Below are positions 9,759 through 20,295 of a stretch of 64,000 nucleotides of DNA, one piece after another. The stretch comes from an uncultured Spirochaetota bacterium (lineage in GTDB: Bacteria; Spirochaetota; Spirochaetia; SZUA-6; Fen-1364). How positions within the stretch are numbered: the first letter of the stretch is position 1; every line of letters begins with the position of its first letter. A program made the translations under genes and the position numbers. The notes below the pieces were generated by a model that worked only from the letters and a program-made list of their open reading frames with translations, was not told where the DNA came from and did not search any database. The stretch lies in the NCBI GenBank assembly GCA_963781885.1, contig CAWAHW010000002.1:544001-608000 (forward strand). Reading direction: 5' to 3'.

Positions 9759-10832
9759 TCACACGAACTCTTCGCGTTCGCGAAGGACGACGATCTCGCC
9801 CTTCTGCTCCAGAAGCTGGATGTACTCCAGGAAATCCTGCTGCGCGCGGTCGAGGTCCGATTTCCTGATCGCGCCAATCGCCTCTTCCTCCAGCCGTATC
9901 AGCTCGCGGCGTCGATCCGAGACCGCGGACAGGAGCCGCTGGCGCGTCTTCTCCTCCGCGCCCTTGATCACGAGCGCGAGCTCTCGGTCGGCATAGTCGC
10001 GCATGACCTTCTGCAGATCCTTGTCGGGGAGCTGGAAGACAACGTCTATTGTGTAGAGCATCTTGCGGATCTGGTTCGCCGTGTTCGGCTCCAGCTCGGA
10101 GAGGATCGCCTGCTCCCGCGCGGGGTCCATGTAGCGCAGGATCTCCGTGAGGGCGGAGGCGCCGTTCAGCTCCTCGGTCACCGCCGCGGCGACCTTCCGC
10201 ACCTTGCCGCGCAGCGCCTCTTCGGTGGCGCGGATGACGTCCGCGTCCACCGTCAGGGTCTTCGCGATGCGGGGAACGATCTCGCGCTGCGCTTCCGGGC
10301 TCATGGCCTGCAGGATGCGCGCCGCGAGCTTGGGCTCCAGGTGCGCGAGGATGAGCGAGGCAACCGGCACCGACTCCTCCCGCAGAAGCGCGATGGCCTG
10401 GTGGATGTCGATGTCTTGCAGAAAGGAGAAGGGCGGGGGCGCCATGTCCTTGCGGACCCTGTCCAGGATTTCCTTCGCCTTCTCCGCGCCGACGGACGCT
10501 TCCAGCATCTCCTGCGCCTTCTCGATGCCGCCGCTCGCGATGAGATCCTTCGTCTCGCGGATGTAGCCGAACTCCTCCATGATCTTGGAGGCGTCCTTCT
10601 GGTCGATGCGCTGGGTGCGGGCGATCTCCCGGGTGATGCCCTCCACCTCTTCGGTGGACATGTGCTTCAGGACGCGTGCCGCCTCGTCCTTGCCGAGGAG
10701 CATGAGGAACTGGGCCGCCTTGCGGTAACCCGCGTCCCGGCTTGTCTCCTTGATGAAACCGCGCAGACTCGGGTCGAGCTTGCCCTTCGCGGCCTTCTGC
10801 TCCTTGCGGTATTCGTCGGCTCCCCGTGGCAT
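9759..10832 (-). CDS. FliG-family flagellar motor switch protein paralogue (stand-alone)
   Basis: KAAQFLMLLG, GGIEKAQEML, PFSFL, LILAHL, AQQDFLEYIQLLEQKGEI match FliG N/M/C domains; no other flagellar genes nearby. Confidence 0.85.
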   Translation of the reverse strand: MPRGADEYRKEQKAAKGKLDPSLRGFIKETSRDAGYRKAAQFLMLLGKDEAARVLKHMSTEEVEGITREIARTQRIDQKDASKIMEEFGYIRETKDLIASGGIEKAQEMLEASVGAEKAKEILDRVRKDMAPPPFSFLQDIDIHQAIALLREESVPVASLILAHLEPKLAARILQAMSPEAQREIVPRIAKTLTVDADVIRATEEALRGKVRKVAAAVTEELNGASALTEILRYMDPAREQAILSELEPNTANQIRKMLYTIDVVFQLPDKDLQKVMRDYADRELALVIKGAEEKTRQRLLSAVSDRRRELIRLEEEAIGAIRKSDLDRAQQDFLEYIQLLEQKGEIVVLREREEFV

Positions 10833-10878
10833 GGCCGCAATACTACCCGCAGGCCGGGGGGAGGTCAATGCGGACCAC

Positions 10879-10904
10879 GGCGGCCACCGTCATCGGTGGC
10901 CGCC
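10879..10904 (-). terminator. GC-rich hairpin directly after the AKR stop
   Basis: GGCGGCCACCG-TCAT-CGGTGGCCGCC perfect 11-bp stem; no clear U-tract. Confidence 0.55.
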
Positions 10905-10907
10905 TTA

Positions 10908-11744
10908 TTACGCCGTCATGGTATCCGGGTGCGGCCCGATGCGGGTGCCCGTGTCCAGGGCAGTGATGCGCTGCATGTCCGAATTATCGAGTGAAAAATC
11001 GAAGACCTTGCTGTTTTCCAGGATCCTCTCGCGGTGCACCGACTTCGGAATGATGACGACGCCGAGCTGGAGGTGCCAGCGGAGCACGACCTGCGCGGGT
11101 GTCCGGTCGTGCTTGCGCGCGATTTCCGCGAACACCGCGTTGTCCAGACTGCGTCCCCGGGTGAGCGGAGACCATGCCTCGTGCCGGATCCCCGTTCTCT
11201 GGTCGTAGTCCAGCAGGTCCTTCTGCACGAGGAAGGGATGGAACTCCACCTGGTTCACGGCCGGCGTGATGGACGAACCTGATTTCAGGTCTTCCAGGTG
11301 ATGCGTGAGGAAATTGCTTACTCCAATGGCGCGCGTCTTGCCGTCGGCCAGCAGCTTCTCCAGGGCCTTCCAGGTGTCCTTGTACTTTCCCTTGATGGGC
11401 CAGTGGATGAGATACAGGTCGACGACGTCGACGCCCAGCAAGCGGCGGCTCGCGTCGAATGCCGCGAGCGTCTCCTTGTAGCCCTGGTCCGTGTTCCACA
11501 CCTTTGTCGTGATGAAGACCTTGTCCCGCGGCACGCCGCTGTCCCTGAGGGCGCGGCCCACGTCCGCCTCATTGGCGTACAGGGCGGCCGTGTCGATGTG
11601 CCGGTAGCCGATCTCCAGCGCCCAGCGCACCGCATGCTCGGTTTCCTTTCCCGGCGGCGACTTGAAAACGCCCAGCCCGACCCAGGGGATTTGCACCCCA
11701 TTGTTCAGACGCACGGTCGACGTGAGATTCATATTTGTTTCCAT
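10908..11744 (-). CDS. Aldo/keto reductase (2,5-DKG/glyoxal reductase-like)
   Basis: GYRHIDTAALY, DLYLIHWP, IGVSNF, NQVEFHP, IPKS motifs. Confidence 0.95.
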   Translation of the reverse strand: METNMNLTSTVRLNNGVQIPWVGLGVFKSPPGKETEHAVRWALEIGYRHIDTAALYANEADVGRALRDSGVPRDKVFITTKVWNTDQGYKETLAAFDASRRLLGVDVVDLYLIHWPIKGKYKDTWKALEKLLADGKTRAIGVSNFLTHHLEDLKSGSSITPAVNQVEFHPFLVQKDLLDYDQRTGIRHEAWSPLTRGRSLDNAVFAEIARKHDRTPAQVVLRWHLQLGVVIIPKSVHRERILENSKVFDFSLDNSDMQRITALDTGTRIGPHPDTMTA

Positions 11745-11902
11745 ACGCTATAAGGAAACAACTTTCGCGGGCATCGTCCAGCGCCGCTCCCGCGCCATAG
11801 GTCGGGCCGCGAACGCCGTCGCCGGCGCCACTTCCACAACGCCGTCGGTCGCTTGCCGAATGCCGCCGGCGCATTGATACTTACCGTACGGAGGAGTGCC
11901 GA

Positions 11903-12607
11903 ATGGCGCAAATCGTGGCGATTTCCGGTGCGGCAGGAGGGCTGGGTCCGACCGTCGCGCGCGCGTTCCTCGATGCGGATGCGACACTGGCGGTTGCCGG
12001 TCGGAATGCGTCGCGGCTCGCGCAGATGCTCGAGGATATCGGGGCGCCACCCGCGCGGAGGCTCGCGACAGCCGCCGATCTCGCCGATCCGGAGGCCGCG
12101 CGCGCGTGGGCGGCGGCCGTGGCGGAAAGATTCGGCAGGGTCGACGTCGTTCTTCACCTGGTGGGCGGTTATGCCGGCGGCGGCGCGCTTTCTGACCTGC
12201 AAATGGCCGACTGGCAGAAGCTCGAATCGATGCTCGTGCTCACGACATTCAGCGTCGTGCGGGCGTTCGCCGGGCCATTGAAGGCGGGCGGCGCGGGAAG
12301 GTTCGTTGCCGTCAGCTCCCTGAAGGCGCAGGCGCCGACGGCGAAAAGCGCGCTTTACGCAGCGGCAAAGGCCGCGTCGGATGCCCTGGTGCTCGCGCTC
12401 GCAGATGAGCTGCGGGGATCGGGGGCAACGGCGAATCTCGTGGTCGTCGATTCGATCGAGCCGCCGGAGAGCGCCGGTGCGGCAGCGCGCAAGCCGTATG
12501 GAAAGGCCACCCCCGCCGCCGAGATTGCAAAGGCAATGATGTATCTCTGCTCGCCGGAAGCGGCGACGATCAACGGCATCCGTCTGCCGCTGACCGGCAG
12601 AGGATGA
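11903..12607 (+). CDS. SDR family oxidoreductase
   Basis: SGAAGGLG and YAAAK catalytic motif; GGAGG SD. Confidence 0.9.
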   Translation: MAQIVAISGAAGGLGPTVARAFLDADATLAVAGRNASRLAQMLEDIGAPPARRLATAADLADPEAARAWAAAVAERFGRVDVVLHLVGGYAGGGALSDLQMADWQKLESMLVLTTFSVVRAFAGPLKAGGAGRFVAVSSLKAQAPTAKSALYAAAKAASDALVLALADELRGSGATANLVVVDSIEPPESAGAAARKPYGKATPAAEIAKAMMYLCSPEAATINGIRLPLTGRG

Positions 12608-12619
12608 AGGGAGCGTTGC

Positions 12620-13471
12620 ATGGAGCATCGGAGTTATGGCAGGACCGGTGAGAGCCTGTCGGTCGTGGGATTCGGCGGGATCTGCGTCATGGACGAAAAG
12701 CCGGCAACGGCCGCGCGCATGGTGGGCGAAGCCATCGATCGGGACGTGAATTATTTCGACGTTGCCCCGAGCTACGGGGACTCTGAGGAGAAGCTGGGCC
12801 CGGCGCTTGCGCCGTACCGTGCGAAGGTCTTCCTTGCGTGCAAGACCGGCAAGCGCGACGCGGCCGGCGCGCGGCAGGAGTTGGAGGCGTCGCTCGGGAG
12901 GTTGAAGACCGACCGCTTCGACCTCTACCAGCTTCACGCCGTCACGACGCGGGAAGAGGTGCAGACCATACTCGGTCCGGGCGGCGCCCTGGAGGCTTTC
13001 CAGAAGGCGCGCACGCAGGGCCTCGTGCGCCATCTCGGTTTTTCCGCGCATTCGGAGGAGGCCGCCCTCCTGCTCATGGACGCGTTCGATTTCGACAGCA
13101 TCCTCTTCCCGTTCAACTGGGCATGCTGGCTGAAGGGAGGCTTCGGGCGGCCGGTCCTCCAGCGCGCCAGGGAAAAGGGGCTCGCGCGGCTGGCGCTGAA
13201 GACGCTGGCAAAGCGGAAATGGCGCGACGGTGAGGAGAAGGACTGGCCCAAATGCTGGTACAAGCCGGTGGAGTCCTATGAAGAAGCCGAGGTGGCCACC
13301 CGGTTCACGCTTTCCATGCCGGTGACCGCCGGCGTAAGTCCCGGCCATATCGAGCTCTTCCGCTGGATGTGCGACGCGGCGGAAAAGCTCGGACCCTTGG
13401 CGGAAGCGGACGAACAGGCGCTGGAAACCGCGGCTGCCGGGCTTGAGGTGATCTTCCCCGAGGCGAGCTGA
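12620..13471 (+). CDS. Aldo/keto reductase
   Basis: [34 protein letters not shown] motifs. Confidence 0.9.
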   Translation: MEHRSYGRTGESLSVVGFGGICVMDEKPATAARMVGEAIDRDVNYFDVAPSYGDSEEKLGPALAPYRAKVFLACKTGKRDAAGARQELEASLGRLKTDRFDLYQLHAVTTREEVQTILGPGGALEAFQKARTQGLVRHLGFSAHSEEAALLLMDAFDFDSILFPFNWACWLKGGFGRPVLQRAREKGLARLALKTLAKRKWRDGEEKDWPKCWYKPVESYEEAEVATRFTLSMPVTAGVSPGHIELFRWMCDAAEKLGPLAEADEQALETAAAGLEVIFPEAS

Positions 13472-13542
13472 ACGCGCCGATTGAACGCCGACTCGAAGCG
13501 GCGCGTTGCCCGCGCGCGCCGCCGGCATTACCTTTCATCACC

Positions 13543-15549
13543 GTGAACCGACTTGCCGGGGAGCTGAGCCCCTACCTGCTCCAGCACGCCGACAACCCCG
13601 TGAACTGGCACCCCTGGGGGGAGGAGGCATTCGCGGCGGCGCGTCGGGACGACAAGCCGGTCTTCCTTTCAATCGGATACTCAACCTGCCACTGGTGCCA
13701 CGTGATGGAGCACGAATCATTTTCAGACCCTGAAGTCGCGGCTCTCATGAACGACGCCTTCGTCTCCATCAAGATCGATCGGGAGGAGAGACCCGACCTG
13801 GACGCGCATTTCATGCGCGTCTGCCAGATGCTCACCGGCGCCGGCGGATGGCCTCTCACCGTCATCGTGACCCCGGACCGCAAGCCGTTTTTCGCCGGCA
13901 CGTACATTCCCCGCGACAATTCGTCCGGGCGCATGGGCATGATGGAGCTCGTCCCGCGCATCCGCGAGCTCTGGACGACGCAGAGAAAAAGCATCGATGA
14001 GTCGGTGGAATCCATCATGGCCGCGCTGGCGCGTCCGGATGCGGAGGAGCCAGGCGACTTTTCGCCCGGCCCTTCCGTCATTGTGGAAGCGGCCCGGTCC
14101 CTCTCGGCGCGCTTCGACGGCAGGAATGCCGGTTTCGGCGGCGCACCCAAGTTTCCCATGCCGACGCTCATCGGCCTCCTGCTGCGCGCCTGGCGACGCG
14201 GCGGGAACGCGGAAACGCTCGCCATGGCGGAGCGGACGCTTGCGGCCATGCGGCGCGGCGGCATCTACGACCAGGTCGGCTTCGGCTTCCATCGCTACTC
14301 CACCGACGAGCGCTGGCACGTTCCCCATTTCGAGAAGATGCTCTACGACCAGGCGCTGCTCTGCCTGGCGTACACCGAGGCATGGCAGGCCGTTGGAAAG
14401 GATCTCTACCGGCGGACCGCCTTGGAAATCTGCTCCTACGTGCTGCGCGATCTTCGCCTCCCGGGAGGGGCGTTCGCCACCGCGGAGGATGCCGACAGCG
14501 AAGGGGTCGAGGGCAGGTTCTACGCGTGGACCGAGAAGGAGCTGCGATCGGTGCTAGGTGACGGCGATTTCGAGCTCCTGTCGCGGCGCTACATCCTGCG
14601 GGAGCCTGCCGACGCGCAGATCATCCTCCACCGGTTCCCGTCGGACGACGCGCCCCCTGATGCGCGCGAGGCGGCCCTGCGGGAGGCCCGCGCGCGCCGC
14701 GTGCGGCCCCTCCGCGACAACAAGGTCCTTGCCGACATGAACGGCCTCATGATTGCCGCCCTCGCGCGCGCGGGCCGGCTCTTCGACGAGCCGTCCCTGG
14801 TGGAGGCGGCAGCGGCCGCCGCTCGCTTCGTGCGCGGAGGCATGACGGGCGAAGACGGCACGCTCCTGCACCGGTACCGGGACGGCGTGGCGGGCATCCC
14901 GGCATTCGCCGACGATCACGCATTCATGGCCTGGGGAATGCTCGAGCTTTTCGAAGCAGGCTTCGATGCCGCGTGGCTGGAGGAAGCCGTGCATCTGACG
15001 GACGCGCTGATCGCCGGATTCTGGGACGATGAGACGGGCGCCTTCTTCCAGACCTCCGGTTCCGTCGAAAAGGGAATCGCGCGCATGAAGTCGTTCACCG
15101 ACGGCGTGATCCCCTCCGCCAACGCGGTCGCCCTCATGTTGTTCGTGAAGCTCAACCGGATCACGGGAAGGTCGGACTACCAGGAGAAGGCTGACGCGCT
15201 CATGCGCTGCGTGCCGGGCGATGCCGTGGACTCATCGATCTCCTACTCCCACCTGCTCAGTGCAGCCGATTACGCGGCCGGCCCCACGGCGGAAGTGGTG
15301 ATCGTCGGAGACCCCGCTGCGACGGACACGCGTGCCATGCGCGAAGCCTTCCGACGCGTCTATGCCCCGAATGCCGTCATCATGGTGAAGCGTGCCACCG
15401 GTGATGCACTGCTGGATCGGCTGGCTCCGTTCACCTCTTCCCTGCGGCAGGTTGCCGGCAGGGCGACCGCATACGTCTGCCGCGACTTCACCTGCTCGCT
15501 CCCCGCCACCGACCCATCTCTAGCGGTACGTGGGCTCGCTGTCGACTGA
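13543..15549 (+). CDS. YyaL/SPATA20-like thioredoxin-domain protein
   Basis: [55 protein letters not shown]. Confidence 0.93.
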   Translation: MNRLAGELSPYLLQHADNPVNWHPWGEEAFAAARRDDKPVFLSIGYSTCHWCHVMEHESFSDPEVAALMNDAFVSIKIDREERPDLDAHFMRVCQMLTGAGGWPLTVIVTPDRKPFFAGTYIPRDNSSGRMGMMELVPRIRELWTTQRKSIDESVESIMAALARPDAEEPGDFSPGPSVIVEAARSLSARFDGRNAGFGGAPKFPMPTLIGLLLRAWRRGGNAETLAMAERTLAAMRRGGIYDQVGFGFHRYSTDERWHVPHFEKMLYDQALLCLAYTEAWQAVGKDLYRRTALEICSYVLRDLRLPGGAFATAEDADSEGVEGRFYAWTEKELRSVLGDGDFELLSRRYILREPADAQIILHRFPSDDAPPDAREAALREARARRVRPLRDNKVLADMNGLMIAALARAGRLFDEPSLVEAAAAAARFVRGGMTGEDGTLLHRYRDGVAGIPAFADDHAFMAWGMLELFEAGFDAAWLEEAVHLTDALIAGFWDDETGAFFQTSGSVEKGIARMKSFTDGVIPSANAVALMLFVKLNRITGRSDYQEKADALMRCVPGDAVDSSISYSHLLSAADYAAGPTAEVVIVGDPAATDTRAMREAFRRVYAPNAVIMVKRATGDALLDRLAPFTSSLRQVAGRATAYVCRDFTCSLPATDPSLAVRGLAVD

Positions 15550-16593
15550 GGGCTCCGGCGGCTCGGCGGCGATCTCCTTCTCCACCTGCCGGTAGATGTC
15601 TTCCAGTATTTCCGCAAGCGGCAGGGGCCGGCTGTACAGGGGAGCGCACGCCTCCCGCCCGGTGTCGAGGCTCGCGTTTCCCACCGCGTCGGGCACGCAG
15701 TCCAGCGCCTTCTGACCGGCAAGAACGGCGGAGAGCGTTCCGAGCATGACGATGCACTCCTGGAGCGCCTGCTCGTAGAGGTCGAGGAAGCTCGCCGTTG
15801 ACCGATCCGCTTCACTGCAGGGGTGGCACCACCCGGCGTGCCCGAGATTGAGGAAGTCGAAACCCTCGGGAACGGTGCGGGGATGGATAAGCCCCAGCCG
15901 CCGCATCTTGAACCCGTCCTTGCGGTCCTGCTTGTATGCCAGGGGAACGAGATCGGGATTCAGGTGATTCGTCATCTTGTAGAAGTAAATCGCATCGTGG
16001 TAGGCGTTCTGGATGCGCAGCCTGTCGCGGCTCTTGTAGTTGTAGGTCGGGTAGGTGGCGTTCAGCGCCTTCACGAGCGTCTTGATGACGGGGTAGGGAA
16101 GATTCACGCCGCAGCGGACGAGCGAGAGATAGTCGAAGTCCGCCGGCGCCTTGCCGAATCGTTCCTGGAGCACCAGGACGTCGAGTATCCTCTCCAGGAA
16201 TGGGTGGGCGTGGTAGAGCCTCCTGCTCGCCTCTTCCCGCGCGCTGGCCGCCCCGGCAAAGTAGCCGATGAAGGGGTGTGCCTTGCGGTCCAGCGGCGCA
16301 TGCGTGGCGAAACCGAGTATGTAAGCGGCAAGCTCCGAGCCGGGACCGGCGGACAGCCGCAGCGCCTCCCGCGCCAGCTCCCGCACGAATGTGCCGTAGC
16401 CATGCCGATGGAGCGCCACCCCGTAGCGCAGCCCCGTCGGCATGGTGCGCTGGTTGTGGTAGAAGAAGTCCGGCCCCTGCGCGCCGAATCTGAAGAGGTT
16501 GCCGTGTGCCGCGAGCATCTCCTCCCCCCGATCGCCGAGCGCGCCGCGAAGAGCTTCCTCCGCAAAGAGGAGGTGGGCGAAATGGGAGGGCAT
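15520..16593 (-). CDS. Zinc-dependent phospholipase C-family protein
   Basis: MPSHFAH N-terminus, [29 protein letters not shown] zinc-ligand pattern. Confidence 0.75.
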   Translation of the reverse strand: MPSHFAHLLFAEEALRGALGDRGEEMLAAHGNLFRFGAQGPDFFYHNQRTMPTGLRYGVALHRHGYGTFVRELAREALRLSAGPGSELAAYILGFATHAPLDRKAHPFIGYFAGAASAREEASRRLYHAHPFLERILDVLVLQERFGKAPADFDYLSLVRCGVNLPYPVIKTLVKALNATYPTYNYKSRDRLRIQNAYHDAIYFYKMTNHLNPDLVPLAYKQDRKDGFKMRRLGLIHPRTVPEGFDFLNLGHAGWCHPCSEADRSTASFLDLYEQALQECIVMLGTLSAVLAGQKALDCVPDAVGNASLDTGREACAPLYSRPLPLAEILEDIYRQVEKEIAAEPPEPSVDSEPTYR

Positions 16594-16640
16594 ACAGTCA
16601 ACATTACCACGGCCGCCGGTGCCTTTCACGCACGCGGCAC

Positions 16641-16668
16641 TTGACTTTTTGTCTCCCGCCGATAGTAT
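16641..16668 (+). promoter_or_regulatory. Sigma70-type promoter of tRNA-Phe
   Basis: TTGACT-16 bp-TAGTAT, 11 nt before the tRNA. Confidence 0.7.
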
Positions 16669-16679
16669 GTGCCGATATC

Positions 16680-16752
<73 letters not shown>

Positions 16753-16773
16753 GAATTCCCTGACCGGCAGAAA

Positions 16774-18264
16774 TCACACCCGTTTTCCGAACATCCTCGC
16801 GGCGCTCACGGCGGCATTCCATCCCTCGATCAACGCCGCGCGGGTGGTCCCGTCCATCGCGGGGGTGAAGACAGCGTCCGGCTGCCAGATCGTCGACAGC
16901 TCCTCCCGCGACGTCCACAGGCCGCTTGAAAGACCGGCCGCGAATGCCGCGCCCAGCGCCGTCGTCTCGAAGCTGCGGGGACGAACGAGCGGCATGTCGA
17001 GGATGTCGGCCTGGAACTGCATGAGGAACGGGTTCATCGACGCGCCGCCGTCCACCCGCACCGACTGTATGCTCTGACCGGCGTCCGCCTCCATCGCTTC
17101 CACGAGGTCCCGGGTCTGGTAGGCGATGCTCTCAAGGGCGGCGCGCACCACCTGCTCCTGCCGGGTGCCGCGCGTGATGCCGAAAAGCGCCCCGCGCGCA
17201 TCGGGGTCCCAGTGCGGCGCGCCCAGGCCGACGAATGCCGGCACGAAATACACCCCGCCGGTATCGGCCACGGCACGCGCCATGAGGTCCGACTCCGCGG
17301 CGCTGGAGAGGATGCGCAGCTCGTCGCGCAGCCACTGCACCACCGCGCCGCCGATGAACACGGAGCCCTCCAGCGCGTACTCCCTGCCGCTGCCGAGGTC
17401 CCAGGCGATCGTCGTCAGGAGCCGGTTGCGCGACTCCACGGGTGCGCCGCCCGTGAAGAGAAGACAGAAGCAGCCGGTGCCGTAGGTCACCTTCACGGCA
17501 CCCGGCTGCAGGCAGGCCTGGCCCAGCAGCGCGGCCTGCTGATCGCCGAGCACGCCGCGGACGGGTATCTCGGTGCCGAAGAGCTGCGCCGGGGCAACGC
17601 CGAAGTCGCCGGCGGACGTGGTCACCTCGGGGAGGATCGCGGCGGGCACCTCCAGGGAGGAGAGAATCTCGGAGTCCCAGCAGCCCTTGTGGATGTCGAA
17701 GAGGAGCGTCCGCGACGCGTTGGACGGATCCGTGAGGTGCCGCCCCGTGAGCATGCGGACGAGCCACGAATCCACCGTGCCGAAGCAGACATCGCCGGCC
17801 ACCGCCTTCTCGCGAAGCCGGGGAATGTTCTGCAAGGCCCACATGATCTTCGTGCCGGAGAAATACGGGTCGAGGAGGAGGCCCGTGCGGCGGGTGATGG
17901 TCCGCTCCAGGTCGCGCGCGTGCAGGGCCTGGCAAATCTCGGTCGTGCGCCTGTCCTGCCAGACCAGCGCCGGGCAGAGGGGCGCGCCGGTCGCCCTGTC
18001 CCAGAAGACGGCCGTTTCGCGCTGGTTGGCGATGCCGATGGCCGCGATCCGGCCGGGCTCCACGCGCGCCTGTGCCACCGCCTCGCGCGCGGCGGCAAGC
18101 TCCGTCTCCCAGATCTCCATCGGGTCGTGCTCGACCCATCCCGGCTTGGGATAGTGCTGGGTGAGCGGTTTCTGGGAGATGCCCAGGGGGCGCCCCTCCC
18201 GGTCGAAGACGATCGCGCGCGAGCTGGTGGTGCCCTGGTCGAGAGCGAGGATGCAGTTGCGCAT
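16774..18264 (-). CDS. glpK: Glycerol kinase
   Basis: LDQGTTSSRA, NQRET, WQDRRT, DPYFSGTK, GDQQAAL, TYGTG, YALEGS, VDGGA. Confidence 0.97.
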   Translation of the reverse strand: MRNCILALDQGTTSSRAIVFDREGRPLGISQKPLTQHYPKPGWVEHDPMEIWETELAAAREAVAQARVEPGRIAAIGIANQRETAVFWDRATGAPLCPALVWQDRRTTEICQALHARDLERTITRRTGLLLDPYFSGTKIMWALQNIPRLREKAVAGDVCFGTVDSWLVRMLTGRHLTDPSNASRTLLFDIHKGCWDSEILSSLEVPAAILPEVTTSAGDFGVAPAQLFGTEIPVRGVLGDQQAALLGQACLQPGAVKVTYGTGCFCLLFTGGAPVESRNRLLTTIAWDLGSGREYALEGSVFIGGAVVQWLRDELRILSSAAESDLMARAVADTGGVYFVPAFVGLGAPHWDPDARGALFGITRGTRQEQVVRAALESIAYQTRDLVEAMEADAGQSIQSVRVDGGASMNPFLMQFQADILDMPLVRPRSFETTALGAAFAAGLSSGLWTSREELSTIWQPDAVFTPAMDGTTRAALIEGWNAAVSAARMFGKRV

Positions 18265-18299
18265 GCCCTCAGTATATCAGTGCCTTGCCGCTTGCGCGA

Positions 18300-19004
18300 T
18301 CAGCGGGCGACGGGCGCGGACGGGTAGGGGCCGGAAAGGACGCCGTAGCCTGCATCGGCGTTCCATACAAAAACGCGGAACTGGAAGCCGCCGGCGAACG
18401 CCGGGGAGCTTGCCGCGATCGACGAGACGGCAAGCGGCGCATTGGAGGCCCCGAGGGGATAGGCGGCCATGAACTTCCCATCGTTCCCGTAGACCCATAT
18501 CTCCGCGTTCTTGCCTGCCCCCGTCACGTTGATGAGCCCGTTCTCCACGCGCGCGGTGGGATACTTTGCATTCGCGGCGAACGTCGTGCGGGCCGGCACG
18601 GTGAGCGTATCCTCCACGGTGTCGCCGCCGCTGTTCTGGAGAACCACCCGGTAGTCCCCGCTGGGGAAGGGGGTCGTGCCGGGCATGGCGATGGACGTGC
18701 TGCCGATCCAGTTTTCGCCCTCCGCCACCGCGCTTACCCAGGCGGTGCTGTCCACCTTCCAGAAAAGCTCGGCGTCGTCGTTGATCACGTAGAATGCGCT
18801 GAGGTTTTCCATGCCGTCGGGATCGCTGGCCACGAGAAAGACGCCGAGCGTTTCGGCATTCACGCCCGTGGCCGGGTCGTGCGTGTAGATCACCCGGCCG
18901 TAGACGCGCGAAAGCTCGGGAGGCTTGCCCGAGCATCCCGCCAGGACGGCAAGACACGTCAGAAGCGCGCCTGCAATGACGCCGAGCAGGACTGGTCGCT
19001 TCAC
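18300..19004 (-). CDS. Hypothetical lipoprotein
   Basis: Signal peptide with LAGC lipobox; start overlaps the tdk stop. Confidence 0.7.
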   Translation of the reverse strand: MKRPVLLGVIAGALLTCLAVLAGCSGKPPELSRVYGRVIYTHDPATGVNAETLGVFLVASDPDGMENLSAFYVINDDAELFWKVDSTAWVSAVAEGENWIGSTSIAMPGTTPFPSGDYRVVLQNSGGDTVEDTLTVPARTTFAANAKYPTARVENGLINVTGAGKNAEIWVYGNDGKFMAAYPLGASNAPLAVSSIAASSPAFAGGFQFRVFVWNADAGYGVLSGPYPSAPVAR

Positions 19005-20119
19005 AGGCCTTCCAGGACCGCCGTTCGCCGGCAGTCGGAGAGCCGGCGCCGCAGGTAGTCGTGGTCGAGCTCGAGGTCCTTCACGAGCTGGAGGAAAAGC
19101 TCATTGGGCACCAGATTCTGCTCCGTAAAGAGGAAGAGAAGCGCCTTTTCCGCGATACAGGAGACGCGGAGGGAGTTCATGCCGATCTCGTCGTAGGAGC
19201 TTGCAAACTGCGCGTACAACCGGGACCGGGGGAGATTGCACTTCACCAGGCCCAGCTCTTCACGCAACTGGTGCGGCTCGCCCCGCGACGCCTGCTCGCC
19301 CAGGGGCTTCAGGATCAGGTAGGTGTATTCCTTGCCGGGCAGGTGGTGATGGTCGTCGCATCGCGTGCAGTAGTTCGGCTCGCGCGGATCGTCGCTCGCC
19401 CGGTCGCCGCCGATCACGAGCAGGGGATCGAAATAGAGCGCCGGGCACTCGTAGCCGTCCACCGTATAAAAGCGGTAGGTATAGAAGGAATCCTGGAGGC
19501 ACTCGGGATGCTCGCAGTAGGCGGTGAGGGGGAAAACGTCGGTGGCGGTATCCAGGAGCAGGCGCGCCGTCGTGTTGAATATCTCCCGGCGGAAGTTCAG
19601 GACGAGCGACGGAAAGATGAAGGAGAGGCCGCGCGCGCGGGAGGCGTTCTGCACGACGTAGGCAAGACGCTCCTCGTAAAAGGAAGCCTCGTCGATCACC
19701 CAGGTCCCTGCCTCGGGGTGTTCCGCCATGACGCGCTCCAGGTCGAAGGAGTTGGCGATCTCGGCGATGTTCGTGCCGCAGCGGACGTAGCCGCCGCGGT
19801 AGGGCAGGGCGTCGGGAGGGTAGTCGGGGAAACGCTTGGCGTCCAGCGCGGAGCGGATGAAGAAGACGATGCGCCTGTCCGCCCCGTCCGTGCGCGTCTG
19901 CTCGGCGGCGGCGCCGGTCTTGCGCCGGGCCACCTCGGAATCCCGCCAGATGCGCGCCGAGAACTCCGTCTTGCCCGATCCCATGGAGCCGATCACGAGG
20001 ATCCGGCGGGACGGCCGGGAGAAATCGAAATGGTTGAAGGAATGGTGCACCTTCACCTCGGGGAAACCGAGGCTTTTCAGGAAGGTCTGCGTATCACGGC
20101 TGTCGGTTCCCGCGTCCAT
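19001..20119 (-). CDS. tdk: Thymidine kinase, long spirochaete type
   Basis: Walker A GSMGSGKTE, Walker B VIDEASF, LTAYC..C and YCTRC zinc ligands; about 370 aa. Confidence 0.85.
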   Translation of the reverse strand: MDAGTDSRDTQTFLKSLGFPEVKVHHSFNHFDFSRPSRRILVIGSMGSGKTEFSARIWRDSEVARRKTGAAAEQTRTDGADRRIVFFIRSALDAKRFPDYPPDALPYRGGYVRCGTNIAEIANSFDLERVMAEHPEAGTWVIDEASFYEERLAYVVQNASRARGLSFIFPSLVLNFRREIFNTTARLLLDTATDVFPLTAYCEHPECLQDSFYTYRFYTVDGYECPALYFDPLLVIGGDRASDDPREPNYCTRCDDHHHLPGKEYTYLILKPLGEQASRGEPHQLREELGLVKCNLPRSRLYAQFASSYDEIGMNSLRVSCIAEKALLFLFTEQNLVPNELFLQLVKDLELDHDYLRRRLSDCRRTAVLEGL

Positions 20120-20149
20120 GCGGTTGGAGAATAGACCCCGCGGCCGGCG

Positions 20150-20290
20150 TGGTCAATGGCAAGCAGTTCTCATTTTGGACCTTCCTATGGATACGAAACT
20201 GCATGGGCGCTCTGAAATTGCCCGCATATCGTGGGACAAAATGAGAACTGCATCCCTCGGTCACCATTGCGAGAGTTGCTGGTCAATGGC
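20150..20290. repeat. MITE-like element: 15-bp perfect inverted repeats inside 11-bp direct repeats
   Basis: GCAGTTCTCATTTTG (20163-20177) / CAAAATGAGAACTGC (20237-20251); TGGTCAATGGC at 20150-20160 and 20280-20290. Confidence 0.65.
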
Positions 20291-20295
20291 GCGCT

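Noticed and set aside
8475-10994. 839-aa plus-strand ORF and other long antisense ORFs (e.g. 11729-13528, 32789-34507, 61687-63375)
   Set aside because: Antisense shadows of recognisable genes, expected at high GC; no motifs.
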